A stretch of 50,717 nucleotides of DNA, taken from assembly GCA_964511675.1 (NCBI GenBank), contig CAZEGA010000001.1, positions 1 through 50,717 of the forward strand. The letters are read 5' to 3'. Both the position numbers and the translations under genes were made by a program. The stretch comes from an uncultured Rheinheimera sp. (GTDB lineage Bacteria; Pseudomonadota; Gammaproteobacteria; Enterobacterales; Alteromonadaceae). This document shows positions 47,789-50,717 of this stretch, one piece after another (within the stretch, counting starts at the first letter, position 1; each line of letters begins with the position of its first letter). A model generated the notes under the pieces. The model saw nothing but the letters and a program-made list of their open reading frames with translations. It was not told where the DNA came from and ran no database searches.

Positions 47789-49567
47789 TTACAGGTCCAG
47801 TGCCACTTTGGTGGCGACAGCAATCTGGTACAGAATTTGGCTGATCGATGACGCCAGCTCCAGATTTTTGCTGCTGACTTTTGGCAGCACCAGTATTTCA
47901 TCACCTGAGCGGACACTGACATCATCTGCCAGGCGGATTTCACCGTTTGGCCTGACAATCAGGATCCGGCTCTTATCGGCATGCTGGCTGTAACCGCCGG
48001 CGGCGGCGATATAATCATGCAGTGATTTGCCGGCACTGAATACCACCGACTGCGGCACAAATACCTCTCCGCTGACCAATACCGCATCACTGAGCTCGGG
48101 TATAGTAATAATATCGCCATCCTGCAGCCGGATATCAGCGATACCGCCGGCATCGGCAACCACCAGGCGCCCTACAGGTTGCACCTGGCGGGCCTTTTGC
48201 ACAAACTGACTGATCAGCTCGGCTTCGCGTACCCGGATAGCAGACTCTTCTACGGTTGCAGACGGCGCCCCCAGATAAGTGGTTTCAAGCCGGCGCAGGG
48301 CTTCCAGTAACGAGGCACGCTGACGTTCGGCTATACTGACCCGGCGCAACGAGATGTTCGCAATATCGGCAATGGCCGGATCGACAGCAATATTGTGCAG
48401 CACCTGCTGCAAGCTGGCATGACGCGGCACAACAAACCGTGATTGCCCGAGAAAGCTGCCTTCTATCTGCACTACGATATGACTGGCCTGTTGATCAACA
48501 CTGAATACCAGCTCGTCACCGTTAGCCAGCATTATGTTGGCGAAATGCTCCAGCGGCAAATAATCCGAGTACGGTGCAGTGGCATTAATCCCCCGATGTA
48601 AGACATGGGTAACCCCCGGCTTTAACTGTACCCGCGCCAGTAACTGGGTTACCTGCTCTGCGGCGGTAAGCTCATACTGGTATGAGCGCGCCACATCACC
48701 GCTAACCTGCACCACCTCGCCACGGGGCTCAACCAGTAAGGTGTCACCATTTTCAAACTGCGGGTGCGCCAGTTGCCCTTGCAATACAAACTGATATAAA
48801 TCCAGTGTTTGCAGCGTTTCGCCATCACGGATCAGTTTGATCTGGCGGTAACTGCCCAGCTGGTTATCAATACCGCCGGCCTGGTCAAGAAAAAACAAGG
48901 CTGAATCTGACGGCACACCGGCATAGCGGCCTGGCTGGGTGACATAACCGGTAACATAGACAGCTACAGGTTGCACCCCTTGCAAATTGGTATAAACCTG
49001 CACATTTTCCGGGTATACCCGGCGTACTGCGGTACGCACCAGGGCGTCAAGCTGCTGGTGGCTAGTGCCCATAACCTGCACCGGGCCAACTGACGGAATA
49101 AAAATATTGCCCTGGGCATCAACCGGCAAAATACGATCAACTTCAATAGCGCCCCAGATCCGCAACGTGATCTGATCACCCGGTAATACTTTGTAATCAG
49201 GGTTCAGGCCGTCAGAACGCAGGCCGCGAAACCCGCCATTAAACAGTTCTGCGGCAAAAGGCAGCACCTGTCCTGCCTGTCTGGACTGGGCACTCAGTGC
49301 CGGACCATACTGGCCGGTTTGCCAGTTGATGTTCTGCTGTTGCTCTGCCAGTACCGGCGTTGTGCTGCGGTTATCGTTCAGTAATTGCTGCACCTGGCTG
49401 TCGCGCATTAATTCTGCGCGCTGGCGGGCTGGCAGCTCAGCAAAGTTTTGCGCCAGCAGCGGGTAACTCAGTAGCGCCGTTACGATAAGGCTGAAAAAAG
49501 TTGTTACGCTACGCCCACGAGGCCCACGAGCTGAAATTTTTGTTGCATACATCGTTGTTGCACACAT
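47789..49567 (-). CDS. kpsD: Polysaccharide export protein with Poly_export and SLBB domains (KpsD-like)
   Basis: PDYKVLPGDQI..WG, VDAQGNIFIP.VGP, VTGYV..PG and YIAAAGG. The true start may lie downstream of 49567. Confidence 0.85.
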   Translation of the reverse strand: MCATTMYATKISARGPRGRSVTTFFSLIVTALLSYPLLAQNFAELPARQRAELMRDSQVQQLLNDNRSTTPVLAEQQQNINWQTGQYGPALSAQSRQAGQVLPFAAELFNGGFRGLRSDGLNPDYKVLPGDQITLRIWGAIEVDRILPVDAQGNIFIPSVGPVQVMGTSHQQLDALVRTAVRRVYPENVQVYTNLQGVQPVAVYVTGYVTQPGRYAGVPSDSALFFLDQAGGIDNQLGSYRQIKLIRDGETLQTLDLYQFVLQGQLAHPQFENGDTLLVEPRGEVVQVSGDVARSYQYELTAAEQVTQLLARVQLKPGVTHVLHRGINATAPYSDYLPLEHFANIMLANGDELVFSVDQQASHIVVQIEGSFLGQSRFVVPRHASLQQVLHNIAVDPAIADIANISLRRVSIAERQRASLLEALRRLETTYLGAPSATVEESAIRVREAELISQFVQKARQVQPVGRLVVADAGGIADIRLQDGDIITIPELSDAVLVSGEVFVPQSVVFSAGKSLHDYIAAAGGYSQHADKSRILIVRPNGEIRLADDVSVRSGDEILVLPKVSSKNLELASSISQILYQIAVATKVALDL

Positions 49568-49619
49568 AGTTATGCCATTCCTGAAAACTGTAATTCTGCC
49601 AGTATATTGCCGCGCCTGC

Positions 49620-49940
49620 CTACCTGGTAAAGGCCTGCCCTGCTACCCAGAGATTGTCTGCCGTCTGGCAAGCCAGGGCAGTCCGGCCCGCCAGTTGTAG
49701 CCGCATACAGTCGAAACCGGTGGCAGAACGGTATTTTTGCAGCAGGATCACGTCTACATTGTCACCCCAGGGTGAAGCAGATAACCTGGCCGCCTGCCCG
49801 GGCGACAAGCCATTTAACTGCAGCAGGGCGTGATAACCGATAATATCCTGCGGCGCTATAGTGCGCTCAGGTAGCGGCGTCTGGCTACAACCGGCCAGCA
49901 ACACTATAAGAGGGATGGCAATGTATAAAAAACTCTTCAT
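49620..49940 (-). CDS. Small lipoprotein (possibly DVU3141-like)
   Basis: Lipobox LAGC; YRSATGFDC...LAC..W; upstream of kpsD. Confidence 0.6.
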   Translation of the reverse strand: MKSFLYIAIPLIVLLAGCSQTPLPERTIAPQDIIGYHALLQLNGLSPGQAARLSASPWGDNVDVILLQKYRSATGFDCMRLQLAGRTALACQTADNLWVAGQAFTR

Positions 49941-50007
49941 CGCGTAAATCGTCCTGAATAAATTGTTATTAATGTAACATCAGTAAACTACTTTACCAAA
50001 CACCCTT

Positions 50008-50717
50008 TCATCTGCAGCTGCCAGATGCTGTATTTTTCAACACCTGCAGCAATGCCTGCTCCGGTGTCTGTAACGGCTGCCACTGCAGCAGGCTGCAGGT
50101 GGTACTGATATCCAGTTGTAAATTACCGGCAACCCGGCGGTATTGTTCGGCCTTACCCAACAGACCCGCCACCGTTTGCATCAGCCACGGCGGCACAGGC
50201 CATACCCTGGCAGGTAGCTGCTGTACCTTCGCTATCAGCCTGACCAGTTCGGCGCTGGACAAGTCAACCCCGTCGCTGACCAGAAACACCTGTCCGGCAG
50301 CGGCCGGATGGGTTAAACAACAGGTAATAAGACTCAGCAGGTTTGTCACAGAAACCAGGCTGCGCTTGTTGTTTATACTGCCAAACGGCAGCGGCATGCC
50401 CCGGCGCACTGCCGTTAACAGGGCGCGAAAATTAGCTTTAACACCCGGCCCGTATACCAGCGGCGGCCTGATAATGACAATCTCCATTGCCGATTGCCCG
50501 GCCAGCTGCAACAAGCCCTGCTCGGCCAGCCATTTTGACCGGGCATAGGGGTCCGTTGGCGCGACCGGATCTGCGGCCGTAAAAGGCTGCCCCGGCAAGC
50601 TGTACTCGCCGTTAACTTTAATACTGCTGATAAACACAAAACGTTTTACCCCGGCGGCGGCCGCTGCCTGTGCCAGCATCAGGGTGGCGTTCAGTGCCGT
50701 GAATACTGACGCCACCC
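50008..50717 (-). CDS. NAD-dependent epimerase/dehydratase (extended SDR), 5' end outside the window
   Basis: FISSIKVNGE, YARSK, IRPPLVYGPGVKANF and RSLV. Confidence 0.88.
   Translation of the reverse strand, partial: VASVFTALNATLMLAQAAAAAGVKRFVFISSIKVNGEYSLPGQPFTAADPVAPTDPYARSKWLAEQGLLQLAGQSAMEIVIIRPPLVYGPGVKANFRALLTAVRRGMPLPFGSINNKRSLVSVTNLLSLITCCLTHPAAAGQVFLVSDGVDLSSAELVRLIAKVQQLPARVWPVPPWLMQTVAGLLGKAEQYRRVAGNLQLDISTTCSLLQWQPLQTPEQALLQVLKNTASGSCR

Noticed and set aside
49941..50007. JUMPStart/ops element ahead of the export genes
   Set aside because: No GGCGGTAG match seen here or in the other intergenic gaps I read; it may lie outside the window.
13384..50639. Many short plus-strand and alternate-frame ORFs in the track
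   Set aside because: They lie within well-supported minus-strand genes and show no recognisable motifs.

Overview
Almost the whole window is one large, minus-strand capsular polysaccharide locus of a gammaproteobacterium (genus cannot be fixed from sequence alone). Reading right to left it holds: an epimerase (partial); an ABC-type export block (kpsD-like, kpsM, kpsT, kpsE, kpsC); rmlBDAC; two coiled-coil proteins and a sulfotransferase-like gene; a lactonase / GT2 / CMP-transferase / 2-hydroxyacid dehydrogenase / SDR block; AT-rich transferase genes; four genes resembling the Campylobacter phosphoramidate pathway (Cj1415-Cj1418 types) with a formyltransferase-domain gene among them; the GDP-fucose pathway (gmd, fcl, gmm, manC, manB) with a GT10-like transferase; and, at the left end, glycosyltransferases and wecC (partial). 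An island of about 6 kb (5277-11330) interrupts the locus. It carries intact and decayed toxin-antitoxin modules, an RloA/RloB pair, and two collapsed RAYT (Y1) transposase remnants with palindromic repeats. The best novelty candidates are (i) a phosphoramidate capsule-modification pathway with a formyltransferase where Campylobacter has methyltransferases, and (ii) a possible oxidative route to a CMP-activated 2-keto sugar acid that needs no NeuB/KdsA synthase. All calls come from reading motifs by eye; no database search was run.
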